Shown: piece after piece, positions 1 to 10,676 of the stretch
Layout: each line of letters begins with the position of its first letter
Position numbering within the stretch: position 1 is the first letter of the stretch
IMG/VR virus record: IMGVR_UViG_3300012953_000001
Coordinates: 96,001 to 160,000 of that record
Length of the DNA stretch: 64,000 bases
Origin: a virus
Strand: one strand, 5' to 3'
Notes under the pieces: generated by a model
Told to the model about the DNA's origin: nothing
The model's database searches: none
The model's input: the letters and a program-made list of their open reading frames with translations, nothing else
Translations under genes and position numbers: made by a program

Positions 1-3000
1 TCCCAGTAGTGAAGTCTTGCACTCCCTCTTTGTATGGGCGTGTTCGCCATTGTCAGAGTAAAGCGAGCCTCCATACCGTCAATGACAGGAACAGTCTCTA
101 GAATCTCATGCCCAAAAAGGTCTAAGTCAGCGGCTTCGTCGTACACCTCGGGGTAGACATTACCTGCTAATAATACCGGGTCTGTAGCTGGATTATCCAC
201 AGCTTGATCACACCCAACTTGAACTATCGGACCAAACCCGTAGTTGAACCCGCCTTCCAGTTCCCCGCTCTTGTTCCCTACCTGCGCGGCATACGGAGGA
301 ATAACAGGCATTGCCTGATTCCAAGTGCCATTTGTAAATGGTGCAGCCGGTGTAGCGTAGTCTCTGTGCGCGAAGTAATACGAGGTGCCGTTATTTTGAG
401 ACCCTGGCACGGTCGAATACACTCGAAACTTTCCGTCAGCCAGTGGCCCTAGTGGCTCTGCGGCCCAGTCCGTAGGACCTCCATAATTGGTAAGGGGATT
501 TCCATCGAAGTCTGTTGCGGGATATCCGGGCTTCCCGTTAACCACATCAATTAGTTCCTGAATAAGATGCTGCATCTCTGGCGCGGTACCGTTTTCGAGG
601 TTCCCCCCAGGAGGCAGTCCTTGTGCATTTTGTTTGCAGAAGAAGCCGTCATTATCGACCGCAATCATCTCACCATACTTGCCCCAGAGTTTGCTCGTGA
701 TTGTGAACTGTACCTCTAAGCCCACGACCTGCACTTGCATGTCTACTTCAAAGCCGTTGATGGCCGCATTCATAGCGTCCCACTCTGCTTTTAATCCCGC
801 AGCCCAGTCTCCAACGTAGGTGCCTCCATTATATATGGAAGCGCTATCGTCCACCTCCACAAACCCGCCCACTACATTTGGGTTTGCTGGGTCCGCAAGA
901 GGACAAATGATCTTCATGATCCCGCCTGGGTAATCTCCCGGGGCTGATTCTGTGAGTAGTGCTGAATCTACAGTGAAGGTTTTGGAAGCAAGTCCTGCCC
1001 CTCCGTTCCAAGAGTGCTTAAGATCGATGTCTTGTTGCCACATCGTCCCATCAATCCACACCTCCATCACTGTGGATTCCCTGTTGGGGTTGGTCATCAC
1101 ATCAAAGTCTGGAATTTGCGGAACGTCCGTCGCCTCAATAACCGCACTAGCGCCCGGAGAAAACTGCGCGAAGTTGTACTCGTGAAGAGGGCCAAAGTCC
1201 AACCCCTCAACCCTTGTGCGCCAGGGAGTCCCTGCGCCAACCTTCTTCACGCGGCCCCAGCCCTGCCAGAGCATGTCGTCGTCTACATTCTGTAGCTTGC
1301 CATCAAAGCTCTCGCGGAAAACGGTACAAGCTACATGCTGCCCAGCAGTGACACCTCGGTCAGCCCATTTCGGCTGCGTATGGTGGAGGATGAGGTCTAC
1401 CTCTGCGGGATGGCTCAATACATTCCAAGAGGACGATTCAGGGATAATCGAAGGAAGGTCATTCATTACCTGAAGTGAGCATCCCGGATTTCTACCTACC
1501 TCTTCTTTTTCTTTTCCACCATAAACCAAGCTAGGATCTTGTGAGTCTTGCGTGTAGTACGGCGTACCATAGTCGTATAATCTTGGGCGTTCCCGCATCA
1601 TGGAGAACACCAAGTTTGGATCAAAATTGTACTCAAGCTTGCCCGGATAAACAGTCCTGTTCTTACTGACAAGGAAACTGTCTACCCTGCCAACACCAAG
1701 CTCTGTACTTGAGTAAAACCTCGTAAGAGGCCACATCTGCAATTTCTCTGGGAGCGTAAGCCCCAGTGGTTGCGCAGCAGCTGTCTGGCTAAACGTAGAG
1801 TCTTCAGTCCAAGTAATTAAGAAATCTCGCCCGGGGACAACAGACCCCGGAATGTCCTCAGGGACAAAGTTCGTTTTTACGTGATCGGTGAATGGTAGAT
1901 GGGCCCCTAGAACAATGTCAGAGCCCTCTTTCTCACCAATCATTTTAAACATGGAGCCTTGTGCAGATCTCCGGTTAAGCCCCATCTCTGGGTCGCTAGT
2001 GTGGAGAGTCCCGATAGCGGGTACTTCTCCGAGAATGTCCACTGGCTCTGGGTAGATATCAAAGTCTTTGAGCTTTATGTAAATAGCATAATCAGACCCA
2101 GGATTTAGATAGGCACTCTCCACTGCTCGGACACGATTTAAAAGCGCATCGTTATATGTGTTATCCCTAAACCAATGGTTGGCACCAGCCTGCCCAACAT
2201 CATCTCCCCAGTTAGGAGCGCCGCCCTTGCTGGGAATAGGGTTTAGGTTATCGTTATGCGACCATGTAAGACCGCTGCCATCTGCGAGACGGATATACTT
2301 CGCGCTTAACAGTGCTGTTTTAAGCGCATCAGGCCAATCACCGTCACCAGCAACACCACCCCCAGCGTCAGATGCGGGAGGCATCAACTTTAGTACATTG
2401 GTGAATGGTAAAATACAGGAGCCACCGAAAATTGGATGCGACTTCCAATTAGCGGTCATATAAACAAGTGGTCCTAAGTTCTCATCGTACTCAGGCTTTA
2501 CTCTTGCCTGAAGGATATCTCTCTGCATGTCTGGCTCGCCGTGGCCAACGACAGACACAGAAACAATTTCCTCATAGCTATTAAGGATCTCGGTCTCAAT
2601 CCCTCGTTTGGTGTTCAGCGAACGCTCAGACAGACTTCGGGCAGCGCGAACTAGGAACTCCTCGTTAGTCTCCTTGGTAACCCCGCCAGTCATAGCGCTA
2701 AGATTGGTTACTCTGGAGACGCCGTCTAAACCGGTCTGGTAGCGGATAGCTCCCGCTGCGATGTTCATAGACGCATTGGGCTGCTGGGAGCGGACAGGAA
2801 TATCTATGTAATACTTCCCGCCTGAACGGACCATCTCATTGGGCGCGTATGTGTACGCTTCTTCCGCAGCAAAAGTTTCTCCCTTGGCTGTGGAGAAAGT
2901 GATGGACGCATCAACGCCCACAGATCGAGCATTATTAAAGTAGACCCTAACCGTTCCTCTAGCGTAGTCGCCCCACTGTCGCTCCGAGAGGACATTAGAT

Positions 3001-3350
3001 AGTAAAGCGTCCATCTCGGCTTCTGTCAGCGTAACAACATCTGACAAAGACTTCTGTGTTCTTAAGAACTCAATCTCCCTCTGCAAAGGCTCAAGGATGA
3101 GCGCCAAAGGGCTAACCAGAACATCTCGTATAATTGATCCTGGGCTTTGAACGTCGAACTGTGGGTACTCATCCTGTAATCGAGAGATAATGAAGGTTTC
3201 GATGTCTACTTTGTACGGATCAGTCCCAAGCCTCTTAATGAGTGGGTCGATGACCTTAACATACATCATAGAGCCCGACTGGTCGTTAAGCGTCGGGTCG
3301 AGGTCGAGAAGTCTCTCTACTAAGAATGTTTTTAATTGATCTATAGCCAT
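1..3350 (-). CDS. Baseplate J-like (wedge) protein, 3'-truncated by the window edge
   Basis: Not in the ORF track, consistent with no stop inside the window. Translated by hand from ATG 3350: MAIDQLKTFLVERLLDLDPTL...PGSIIRDVLVSPLALILEP...ARGTVRVYF...GGVTKETNEEFLVRAARSLSERSLNTKRGI, a typical Baseplate_J pattern. The frame is also open at positions 3-60; not every internal codon was checked. Confidence 0.8.
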   Translation of the reverse strand, partial: MAIDQLKTFLVERLLDLDPTLNDQSGSMMYVKVIDPLIKRLGTDPYKVDIETFIISRLQDEYPQFDVQSPGSIIRDVLVSPLALILEPLQREIEFLRTQKSLSDVVTLTEAEMDALLSNVLSERQWGDYARGTVRVYFNNARSVGVDASITFSTAKGETFAAEEAYTYAPNEMVRSGGKYYIDIPVRSQQPNASMNIAAGAIRYQTGLDGVSRVTNLSAMTGGVTKETNEEFLVRAARSLSERSLNTKRGIETEILNSYEEIVSVSVVGHGEPDMQRDILQARVKPEYDENLGPLVYMTANWKSHPIFGGSCILPFTNVLKLMPPASDAGGGVAGDGDWPDALKTALLSAKYIRLADGSGLTWSHNDNLNPIPSKGGAPNWGDDVGQAGANHWFRDNTYNDALLNRVRAVESAYLNPGSDYAIYIKLKDFDIYPEPVDILGEVPAIGTLHTSDPEMGLNRRSAQGSMFKMIGEKEGSDIVLGAHLPFTDHVKTNFVPEDIPGSVVPGRDFLITWTEDSTFSQTAAAQPLGLTLPEKLQMWPLTRFYSSTELGVGRVDSFLVSKNRTVYPGKLEYNFDPNLVFSMMRERPRLYDYGTPYYTQDSQDPSLVYGGKEKEEVGRNPGCSLQVMNDLPSIIPESSSWNVLSHPAEVDLILHHTQPKWADRGVTAGQHVACTVFRESFDGKLQNVDDDMLWQGWGRVKKVGAGTPWRTRVEGLDFGPLHEYNFAQFSPGASAVIEATDVPQIPDFDVMTNPNRESTVMEVWIDGTMWQQDIDLKHSWNGGAGLASKTFTVDSALLTESAPGDYPGGIMKIICPLADPANPNVVGGFVEVDDSASIYNGGTYVGDWAAGLKAEWDAMNAAINGFEVDMQVQVVGLEVQFTITSKLWGKYGEMIAVDNDGFFCKQNAQGLPPGGNLENGTAPEMQHLIQELIDVVNGKPGYPATDFDGNPLTNYGGPTDWAAEPLGPLADGKFRVYSTVPGSQNNGTSYYFAHRDYATPAAPFTNGTWNQAMPVIPPYAAQVGNKSGELEGGFNYGFGPIVQVGCDQAVDNPATDPVLLAGNVYPEVYDEAADLDLFGHEILETVPVIDGMEARFTLTMANTPIQRGSARLHYW

Positions 3351-3357
3351 TATAACC

Positions 3358-4392
3358 TCACTCGCCTACAGGCAGGCCTTCATAGCCTTGACTTTGAACT
3401 ATGCTCTCAATGGCGTCATGTGCAGTGCCGATCATTAAAGAGACAGTTGCCTGTCTACGAGCAAAAGTATTCAACCTGATTGTTAAATTGACCACCGAAG
3501 GGTCATCCTTATCATAATTCACACTTAGAACTTCAACATCACTTAACCGCTCAGTGGGAGGCAATTGACCCCAACCCTGTCTTGCGGAAAACATCAAGCC
3601 CGCTTGTATTATCTTCAATGTGGTCTTTGCCACAAGCACAGAAGGATTACTTGTGGGGGTATTTTGTCCAACCCAGTTTTGAAGATTGCCTCCGGTTTTT
3701 TTATCGAAGACATCTGAGCCTGGGGTGGTCATGAGAACTTTTATAAATTGCTGCACAAGCTTGAACTCACCCTCAACCGTCTGCGGCTCAGAGGAAAACA
3801 AGTAGGCGAACATAGACCTGCGGTTGATAGACTTAGAGTTAGTAATAACCTCAACGTCTTCAATTGCCTGCGCTTTGGGGGGAAGAGAGCAGAGGATCAT
3901 CTGGTTGTTCATTACTGTGAACGGGACAGTCCGCTTATTCACGTATACCGCGACAGCCTTGTTGAACTTGTCTCCCCTGAGTTGAAGGATTCCACCGTCA
4001 ACCGTAACCTTTTTTGACCCGGCCTTTGCCTGAGTATCAAGACCGCCTCCCAGAGAAACAGACTCGTTAGACACAAGGTCGTTGCCCTCCGAGTCCTTAA
4101 CTGTGCGGACAAGGTCAACAGCATTAACCATGGCCATATTTTGGCCCTGCCGCAGCATGTCTAATGGGAGGGCTATAAGAAGGTTGTAGGGGTTCTCCAA
4201 GAAGAAATTAGCGTTACTGCCGTTCACCAGAACACCTGTTACGCTCTTAAAGCTCGAAGTGTCTATATTGACAAACTCTGAGGGTGGCGTTTCAGGGAGG
4301 GTTACCCGAATCATCGACATATAATTTATGCCGCGTAGCTCAGCTACATCCCGCACAAAAACTGCTTGTATATCAATCATCGGTTTCCTCAT
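3358..4392 (-). CDS. Baseplate wedge protein with C-terminal gp25-like domain
   Basis: C-terminus FIKVLMTTPGSDVFDKKTGGNL...PPTERLSDVEVLSVNYD resembles gp25/GPW; lies just upstream of the baseplate J-like gene. Confidence 0.65.
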   Translation of the reverse strand: MRKPMIDIQAVFVRDVAELRGINYMSMIRVTLPETPPSEFVNIDTSSFKSVTGVLVNGSNANFFLENPYNLLIALPLDMLRQGQNMAMVNAVDLVRTVKDSEGNDLVSNESVSLGGGLDTQAKAGSKKVTVDGGILQLRGDKFNKAVAVYVNKRTVPFTVMNNQMILCSLPPKAQAIEDVEVITNSKSINRRSMFAYLFSSEPQTVEGEFKLVQQFIKVLMTTPGSDVFDKKTGGNLQNWVGQNTPTSNPSVLVAKTTLKIIQAGLMFSARQGWGQLPPTERLSDVEVLSVNYDKDDPSVVNLTIRLNTFARRQATVSLMIGTAHDAIESIVQSQGYEGLPVGE

Positions 4393-4756
4393 CTAGGAGG
4401 CCTACATGTTCAACCTCCAACGCAGCACCAATAGCACCGCTTTTTCCATCTTCACCTATTAATAGCTCTTGAAAGTAATTGAGCCTAGAAATAAGAGTCC
4501 GTTTTGCTCCAATAAAATCACCGGGTTCGTCGTCTTTTCCTTCTTCACCTATTAGCGCTAATCTCTCAGTGAGAACCTCTGCCAAAGAGTGTCCCGTAAA
4601 ATAATCATTTGTTCTAGCCGTATACCGTAAAAATTCAAGGGCTTCCTCAATTAGCGCAGCTGTCTTCCTCTGCGCGGATTTGTCCTTTGAGTCCCCCGCT
4701 AAGAGCGTCGTAGATGGTGGATTCGTAGTAGAATCATCAGATTTAGGTCCAGCCAT
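4373..4756 (-). CDS. Hypothetical protein
   Basis: 127-aa ORF tightly packed in the structural operon. Confidence 0.6.
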   Translation of the reverse strand: MAGPKSDDSTTNPPSTTLLAGDSKDKSAQRKTAALIEEALEFLRYTARTNDYFTGHSLAEVLTERLALIGEEGKDDEPGDFIGAKRTLISRLNYFQELLIGEDGKSGAIGAALEVEHVGLLDEETDD

Positions 4757-4758
4757 TT

Positions 4759-7700
4759 CTACAACTCCTCACCTTGTAATGGGTTTATTAGCTCATCGAC
4801 CTTATCATCCTGGCCTCTGTTGTAATAATCGTCCATGATTCCAGCGCCAAAGCTAACTTCGAAAAAGTCTGTCTCCCCACCTAATTTATCAAAAGCAGCG
4901 AGCAATAAGTTATCTATATTAGATTGCTCAGATACCTCTTCCACAGTCAGGTTTGCGAGATCCCCAAATCGTGCTGTTGTGAGCATAGACATGGGCAGAG
5001 TCAGTCTTTCCTGCTTGAGTGTACCTAGCAACTCATCCACAGTTTTGACAATATGGGCATCATACAAGAGATAGGCTTCGCGAACACTGTTCATCGCATC
5101 ACTAAGTTTCTCCAACAAAGTTACGTACTGCCCCTGTCCTGATCCAGAAGACACAAATACACGTGCTTCCCTCTGAAGCTCTCCAGATCCCGCTGCGGAA
5201 ATCAGTTCTCCCTCGGCTTTTCTTAGATCTCGAACCATAGTGATGAACTTGAACCAACCGTAAGCCACAATCTTCAAGTTCTCATATGGGTACGACACGG
5301 GAGAAACACCATCTAAAATGCGCATGGTCAATTTATTGCCTGAAACAGCTATGACTCTGCCCAACGGCCTAAGGGTTGTCCCTGTGCTCCCAGACAATTC
5401 TTCAAGGACAACGTCATTGGGATGAATCTCATACCCATCTCTTGGGTAAGTTCCTTGGAGATCTACCTCCAACTGAACCTCTGTGGAAAACCCGCTGTAC
5501 AGGTCCCCACTTGTATCAAACCCAAGCCCACCATTTACGGTAGATGTTACAGCGAGCGTACTATCTGATTCCGAGCTTTGAGACCTAGCCCGGATACGAC
5601 TTCTTGAAATATCACATGTCCAGTCGCCTTGGTTGGTAAGCTGTTCCGATTGTGTGTCGTCCACGGCAAGAGTTAGCGGGGGGTATACCTCCACTGCATA
5701 GCTTCCGCCTGAGAGCGCAGCGTAGGCGAGAACCTTGGTATGAAAAACGGGCGTGCCTCGACTGAGGGGCGCTCCTCCTGCTGACCACCTAACTCTTAAA
5801 TCATCCCCTTCCTCGGCCTGAATGTCCTCAGAAAAGGTCAACGTCTCTCCAGAGGAGTCTACTGTAAAGGAGACCCCAGTCATTAAGGTGTTTTCAGGAC
5901 AATCCACGTCCACTAAGCCAATACTGGATACTTGTGAAAACTGCGTGTCTTTTCCGAACCTCTCTTTTCGAGACGCGTACGTTGCCCCAAGAACATAGTT
6001 AGTATTCGGTAATGGGGTGCTCCAAGTTGGCGCAAAAGGTGCCGCAAGAAGTAAAGTACTCTCCAGGTAATTTGGAAAAGCCAACCTTGCCGCAGAACCC
6101 CTTTCGACATGAGGCCGAAAAAGGATGTTTGTGCTCGCCCCTTGCGCTTCTGAGGTAATAAGAAACTTATCAGTAAGGGCAGAAGAATTCAGCGCGTTCA
6201 CTAACATCTGAGGTGTGGTTATCCAGCTTGCAGGAATGCCCGGTGATAGTTCTGACGGTGTCTCGGTTATTACCGGTATTGGTGCCCCTACTAAATCGTT
6301 ATTTAGGTGCGCCCGAATAGCCGTGAATCCTGTTTGTATGCCCGAGTCCCCTGTGCTTACTGTGGCTACAGGCAGGTACTTGTAGTTTGTGTGTATTGAG
6401 GTTCCTTCGACTGCGGGGTAAGGCATCCGAATAAACATGTGTCCCGTCAGGTAGTGAACATAACCATAAGACTTGTGGTACATGTACGCCCCAGCCTGGA
6501 GATAATCTGTGGCAGCGGGGGCATATCCGTCTGTGTCCAGCAAGATCTTTCCAGTGTTATAGTTCACAGACAGACTAGGGGCAGACGCTCCTGTTGTGTT
6601 GCTCGTAACAACACAAAGATTATACCCTGGGTTGTTGGGGTCTGGGTTGGTAGTGGTTTGCCAGTCTATCAGGGCCGCGCCCATTTGCTCGGTAAGCGTG
6701 ATAGAAAGCGTAGAGTTGCTAGCAAGTTGGGCTCTAAGCTGATTGGTTGTAGGCGGATCCCCAAATCCAGGGACGGTAAACTGCTCCAGATTCCCATCAA
6801 AAGGGGTGTCTGGGTCCAGTTCATGCGGTGCCTCAGTGGTTGTACTTTTGTCTATCAGTATCCCATACCCGTTATCAACACAGTTGACCTCTACGGGTCC
6901 TTGCCCACTGTCGAAGTACCAAAAATTAACATTGACCCCGTTCTCATATCCGGGTCTTCCGTCAGATGGTCGAGTAGTTGTCTTAAGCCTCGGTATAGTT
7001 ACGATTGGGTAGCCGAGATCGTCTACCGTTCCGCCTATAAGGCCAGAGTTTTGTAGGTAAGGGTCTTCCGCGTACCCCGTAGTAGAAAACCAACGCTCTG
7101 TTGCAAGAATTTGTTTTGTATATTGCGTGTACAGCGCCCCAGCATCTGTGGACTCGAAGAGTGTGGAATTGACCAAGAAGCCATTCTCAGGTGCTCCAGA
7201 CTCAGGTCCAGAAATAGTCGCAGAAGACTGCTCATCGACCTCAAAAGTATCAGAAGCAGCACCGCCCTCAATAATGAAAGGTTTGGTGTCTCCCACCATT
7301 TCAGCGCGTGTACCCGGAAGGGTAGTCACAGAGCCTTCATACTTTGGGATGGTTACGTCTCTCTTCTTAGAAGATCTCCGACTGAGCAAAGAATTTAGTA
7401 CAACAGAATCAAGGATCGCAGCAGATAAGTCAGAACTTCCCACATGCGACTGAAGTGTCTTGGTGGCCAACTTTGCTTGGTTCTCAAGTGATAATGGCTC
7501 TAACTCAGCGGCGGTGTACTCATCGAGTGCCCCATGAAACCGTGGTATTTCCTCTAATAGGACCCCAATCAGAAAGTTAGTCTCTTCCGCTAATGCCAGT
7601 GATTGCTCTTTGGCGTACGAAGGACTAATGCCCGCATTGTGGAATCCGTCTTCGCCTACACTACTACTTACTAGTGCTTCAGTTACTCTAGAAAACTCCT

Positions 7701-8067
7701 GTAGAAGGAGTTGTTTCCGACCCTCATCAGCAACCTCTAGCTCATCACTTATCGCAATAAGCCTGTCTAATTTAGTGGTGTCAGGTTTGGGGTCTGTTTG
7801 TCTGGATACAGGTGCGTATCGAATAAGCAGGTCGATATTGGATAAGATCTTTGAGCAGATAATAATGTGTCTGTTAGCAAAGAGCTTCAGGAGAGCGTAT
7901 ATAGCGTCAACATCTGAGTTGAGGGACCTAAAGACAAGATCCTGAACACCGCTAACAAGGTCAACGGCTGACTGATTCTTGTTTCGGTCCAGTACCGCAG
8001 CACCAGCTTGAAGGGCTTCCGACCTCGCTAATACTTCTTCTTCGGTATAACTGTTGCTACCACTCAT
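4759..8067 (-). CDS. Large virion structural protein (1102 aa), probably baseplate/tail associated
   Basis: Long acidic Thr/Ser/Gly-rich ORF with helical termini, next to baseplate genes. Confidence 0.6.
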   Translation of the reverse strand: MSGSNSYTEEEVLARSEALQAGAAVLDRNKNQSAVDLVSGVQDLVFRSLNSDVDAIYALLKLFANRHIIICSKILSNIDLLIRYAPVSRQTDPKPDTTKLDRLIAISDELEVADEGRKQLLLQEFSRVTEALVSSSVGEDGFHNAGISPSYAKEQSLALAEETNFLIGVLLEEIPRFHGALDEYTAAELEPLSLENQAKLATKTLQSHVGSSDLSAAILDSVVLNSLLSRRSSKKRDVTIPKYEGSVTTLPGTRAEMVGDTKPFIIEGGAASDTFEVDEQSSATISGPESGAPENGFLVNSTLFESTDAGALYTQYTKQILATERWFSTTGYAEDPYLQNSGLIGGTVDDLGYPIVTIPRLKTTTRPSDGRPGYENGVNVNFWYFDSGQGPVEVNCVDNGYGILIDKSTTTEAPHELDPDTPFDGNLEQFTVPGFGDPPTTNQLRAQLASNSTLSITLTEQMGAALIDWQTTTNPDPNNPGYNLCVVTSNTTGASAPSLSVNYNTGKILLDTDGYAPAATDYLQAGAYMYHKSYGYVHYLTGHMFIRMPYPAVEGTSIHTNYKYLPVATVSTGDSGIQTGFTAIRAHLNNDLVGAPIPVITETPSELSPGIPASWITTPQMLVNALNSSALTDKFLITSEAQGASTNILFRPHVERGSAARLAFPNYLESTLLLAAPFAPTWSTPLPNTNYVLGATYASRKERFGKDTQFSQVSSIGLVDVDCPENTLMTGVSFTVDSSGETLTFSEDIQAEEGDDLRVRWSAGGAPLSRGTPVFHTKVLAYAALSGGSYAVEVYPPLTLAVDDTQSEQLTNQGDWTCDISRSRIRARSQSSESDSTLAVTSTVNGGLGFDTSGDLYSGFSTEVQLEVDLQGTYPRDGYEIHPNDVVLEELSGSTGTTLRPLGRVIAVSGNKLTMRILDGVSPVSYPYENLKIVAYGWFKFITMVRDLRKAEGELISAAGSGELQREARVFVSSGSGQGQYVTLLEKLSDAMNSVREAYLLYDAHIVKTVDELLGTLKQERLTLPMSMLTTARFGDLANLTVEEVSEQSNIDNLLLAAFDKLGGETDFFEVSFGAGIMDDYYNRGQDDKVDELINPLQGEEL

Positions 8068-8389
8068 CCCCGAACTCCATACCTCTAAGTCGCCTAGCGT
8101 CTTCTTCTGATATACTAGTAACTTTAGAGCGTACGAGGTCTGGTGATAAGCCTAGAATATCGCATACGATATTAAACGAACAGATATGATCTTCACTGTG
8201 ATCGTGAAAAAGCCATTGTCCTGCATCTGCTCCTATCTTCCGCAATTTCAAGCTCTCATGTTCGTGGTATAGCACCCAATCAACCGCCGCACGCCTAACA
8301 ACAGCAGCCCATAAGCGAAGGTACCAAGGCACTCCTGCCCCGGCATTGCCCCTCTCAATATCCCATAAAGCATCACGTGACGACAACAC
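8057..8389 (-). CDS. Hypothetical protein
   Basis: 110-aa ORF overlapping both neighbours. Confidence 0.6.
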   Translation of the reverse strand: MLSSRDALWDIERGNAGAGVPWYLRLWAAVVRRAAVDWVLYHEHESLKLRKIGADAGQWLFHDHSEDHICSFNIVCDILGLSPDLVRSKVTSISEEDARRLRGMEFGDEW

Positions 8390-9344
8390 TCAAGGCCCCC
8401 CGAAGCACCGGCTGGGGAGACATGGTTATACCCATATCCTCATCTGGAGCTTCTTGGGCGACTAAGAGTGTTGCGATTCCGACGCCTACAGCTGAAATCG
8501 TGAGAGTGTTACTGTCTGTAATTAAGTTTACTATAGTCCCACCTACATCATCAGACGTAAGCGTCACAGCGACAAGACCCTCCACTCTCAAGCCGCTCCG
8601 ATGAACGGTTTCCATTGAGAGTACTGCTTCTTGTCCCAACCCTAGGTTTACCACTGGTAGGTCTAGGGGAACTAATAATGAATCCGTGTTCGTGTCTGTA
8701 TACTCGACACCATCAACCACTGGAAATATTACGTCTGGTAGCGGAGAAGCAGCTAGGTCAGGAATCTCGATCTTTCTCGATAGATTCTCGTAACCCTCCA
8801 TATATACTTTGTATGTCGCACCGCGTAATAAATCGACCGTGGCGTAACCTGCACTATCTGTGCGTATAACTAATGACTTTGGGATAATAGCATTTGTTGT
8901 GTTGGTCCCTGAATAGTATGCAAGTTCCGGTAAGTCATCTTCCGAAAAATGAATACTAAGCTGATCCACCGGTCTCCCGTATGAATCCATAAAGGTTCCC
9001 GAACAACGACAAAAGTGATCGTCTGTCGCTGTCGGTAAAGCTGAGACATCAATAAGTACGTCAAACACCTGCGGGTCAGTTACTGCGTCTACAACCGCAG
9101 AGTGCAGATTGCCCTCTATGACAGACGCGGCTCCTAACGGAGGTGTGACTCTAATTTCATAAGTTGCAGCAGGATGATCGCCCAAATCCACGCTACCTGC
9201 GGGGTTTGGTCCTGCTCCCGTGGTCCCAGTAGCAATCGCAACACCGCCGCCAGAGGGATGTAGGGATACAACAACGCCATCTACCATGGCGCTCCCCGGA
9301 TCCCCAAAAGGGGTTGTTCTACAATGTACTAAGACTGTTGGCAT
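8373..9344 (-). CDS. Ig-like/beta-sandwich virion protein
   Basis: RTDSAGYATVDLLRGATY carboxypeptidase-regulatory-like repeat; resembles the C-terminus of 12100..14073. Confidence 0.55.
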   Translation of the reverse strand: MPTVLVHCRTTPFGDPGSAMVDGVVVSLHPSGGGVAIATGTTGAGPNPAGSVDLGDHPAATYEIRVTPPLGAASVIEGNLHSAVVDAVTDPQVFDVLIDVSALPTATDDHFCRCSGTFMDSYGRPVDQLSIHFSEDDLPELAYYSGTNTTNAIIPKSLVIRTDSAGYATVDLLRGATYKVYMEGYENLSRKIEIPDLAASPLPDVIFPVVDGVEYTDTNTDSLLVPLDLPVVNLGLGQEAVLSMETVHRSGLRVEGLVAVTLTSDDVGGTIVNLITDSNTLTISAVGVGIATLLVAQEAPDEDMGITMSPQPVLRGALSVVVT

Positions 9345-9355
9345 TTTCTATCCGA

Positions 9356-10093
9356 CTACCTTGATTTACTAAGCGTAGTTAAGTAGCTACCACCTCGGGA
9401 AGGTCCCATGGTGTTTTGTGATTGGGGGCCAGCTTTCCAGGCGTTATAGCTATTTTTCGCCATCTTTCCGCCGTAATACATGCTCGCAGCGCCAGCGCCT
9501 GTCATACCGACTCGACCAGCCTTGCCCCAGCCACCCAGACTTTTCCAGGGGCTAGACTTGAAGCTCATGCCTCCAAGAGATCTATTCCAGGGCATGCTTC
9601 CGCTGACAGCCGAACGTGCTCGATTACTAAAGCCTGCGCGAGCAGTTTGTGCAGCTTGTTGGGCTCGTCCAAGGCTCTGTCGCTCCAACATTCCTTTGGC
9701 ACCTCGCTGTGCGTAGGTCAGCCCTTTGTACGCGCCTGTGCCCGCCTTCTGCGCTGTACTGATGCCCTTGATAGTGCGACCAGCCATGTACGCTTTACGG
9801 CCAGCATTTGCTGCGCGAGCAGCCAAGACTCCGCCCCTAACAAGTCCACCAGCAACATTTAATCCGGGGATGAACATTGTAGCGGTAAGAGCCGCATCTA
9901 ATGGGTTGTCCTTGATATAGTTACCCACACTCTTAATGCCACCCCACGCCTTACGGCCCACACGTCTAGCCCACTGCCAAGCGACCTTCTCCATATAAGG
10001 GTCGATAGCAACAAGTTCTTCAGCAAAGGAACGCTGCATTCTATTTCTGGCAGCTACTTTCACCAGTGCATATCTTAACTGTTGATTATCCAT
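9356..10093 (-). CDS. Basic Gly/Ala-rich protein with KxA and RGGSYL motifs (candidate internal virion protein)
   Basis: LVKVAAR, YMEKVAW, C-terminal SRGGSYLTTL; Lys/Arg-rich and acid-poor. Confidence 0.6.
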   Translation of the reverse strand: MDNQQLRYALVKVAARNRMQRSFAEELVAIDPYMEKVAWQWARRVGRKAWGGIKSVGNYIKDNPLDAALTATMFIPGLNVAGGLVRGGVLAARAANAGRKAYMAGRTIKGISTAQKAGTGAYKGLTYAQRGAKGMLERQSLGRAQQAAQTARAGFSNRARSAVSGSMPWNRSLGGMSFKSSPWKSLGGWGKAGRVGMTGAGAASMYYGGKMAKNSYNAWKAGPQSQNTMGPSRGGSYLTTLSKSR

Positions 10094-10676
10094 TTTTTAC
10101 CTCTTCGCTGGGAAGGCCTGTTCCCCATCTTATAGGCCAAATACTTTTCGATAATAAGGCCCACCCGATTGGGGTCGAACTATCATACTTTGTTAATACA
10201 TCTTCGCAAGCTTCCCGTAAGCAACTAAACTCCTCAGAAGGACCCCAGTTGCCAATGTGGAAGTAAGAACCTGACTCAGACTGACAAAGACACATGGCGT
10301 GACCCATCAATTTACTATCACTCTCCCACGAAAAAATCCATATTACTGGGTTATATCTTTCTTGGATTGAGTTTGCGGCCCACACGCTAAAGTCATCACA
10401 GTCCAGAGATCCTTTAGGTTGAGTGTTACCGCTTTCTAACTCAGAAATGGCGTACTGCACCCAACCCGGTGACCCCACAGAGTCCCATAGCTCCTTCACC
10501 CCATCCTTGGTCCAAGTGAGAAGCTCCATCTTTTTTGAGGCCTCTTCCGTGGTTAAGTAGGGTCCAACAGCCATGCTCTTATACTTGTGATGCCAAATGA
10601 ACCGGTAAACACGGCTCCAAATACACCACCAGTATATTGCTACGACGTAGAATTTCTTTGCGAACCAAGCCTTCAT
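10086..10676 (-). CDS. Transglutaminase-like/papain-fold cysteine protease with N-terminal hydrophobic segment
   Basis: LDCDDFSVWA (catalytic Cys motif), downstream GHAMC (His). Confidence 0.55.
   Translation of the reverse strand: MKAWFAKKFYVVAIYWWCIWSRVYRFIWHHKYKSMAVGPYLTTEEASKKMELLTWTKDGVKELWDSVGSPGWVQYAISELESGNTQPKGSLDCDDFSVWAANSIQERYNPVIWIFSWESDSKLMGHAMCLCQSESGSYFHIGNWGPSEEFSCLREACEDVLTKYDSSTPIGWALLSKSIWPIRWGTGLPSEEVKNG

Noticed and set aside
204-2995. Plus-strand and short minus-strand ORFs listed in the track over 0.2-3.0 kb
   Set aside because: They are shadows of the long minus-strand baseplate gene, which the track omitted because it runs off the window
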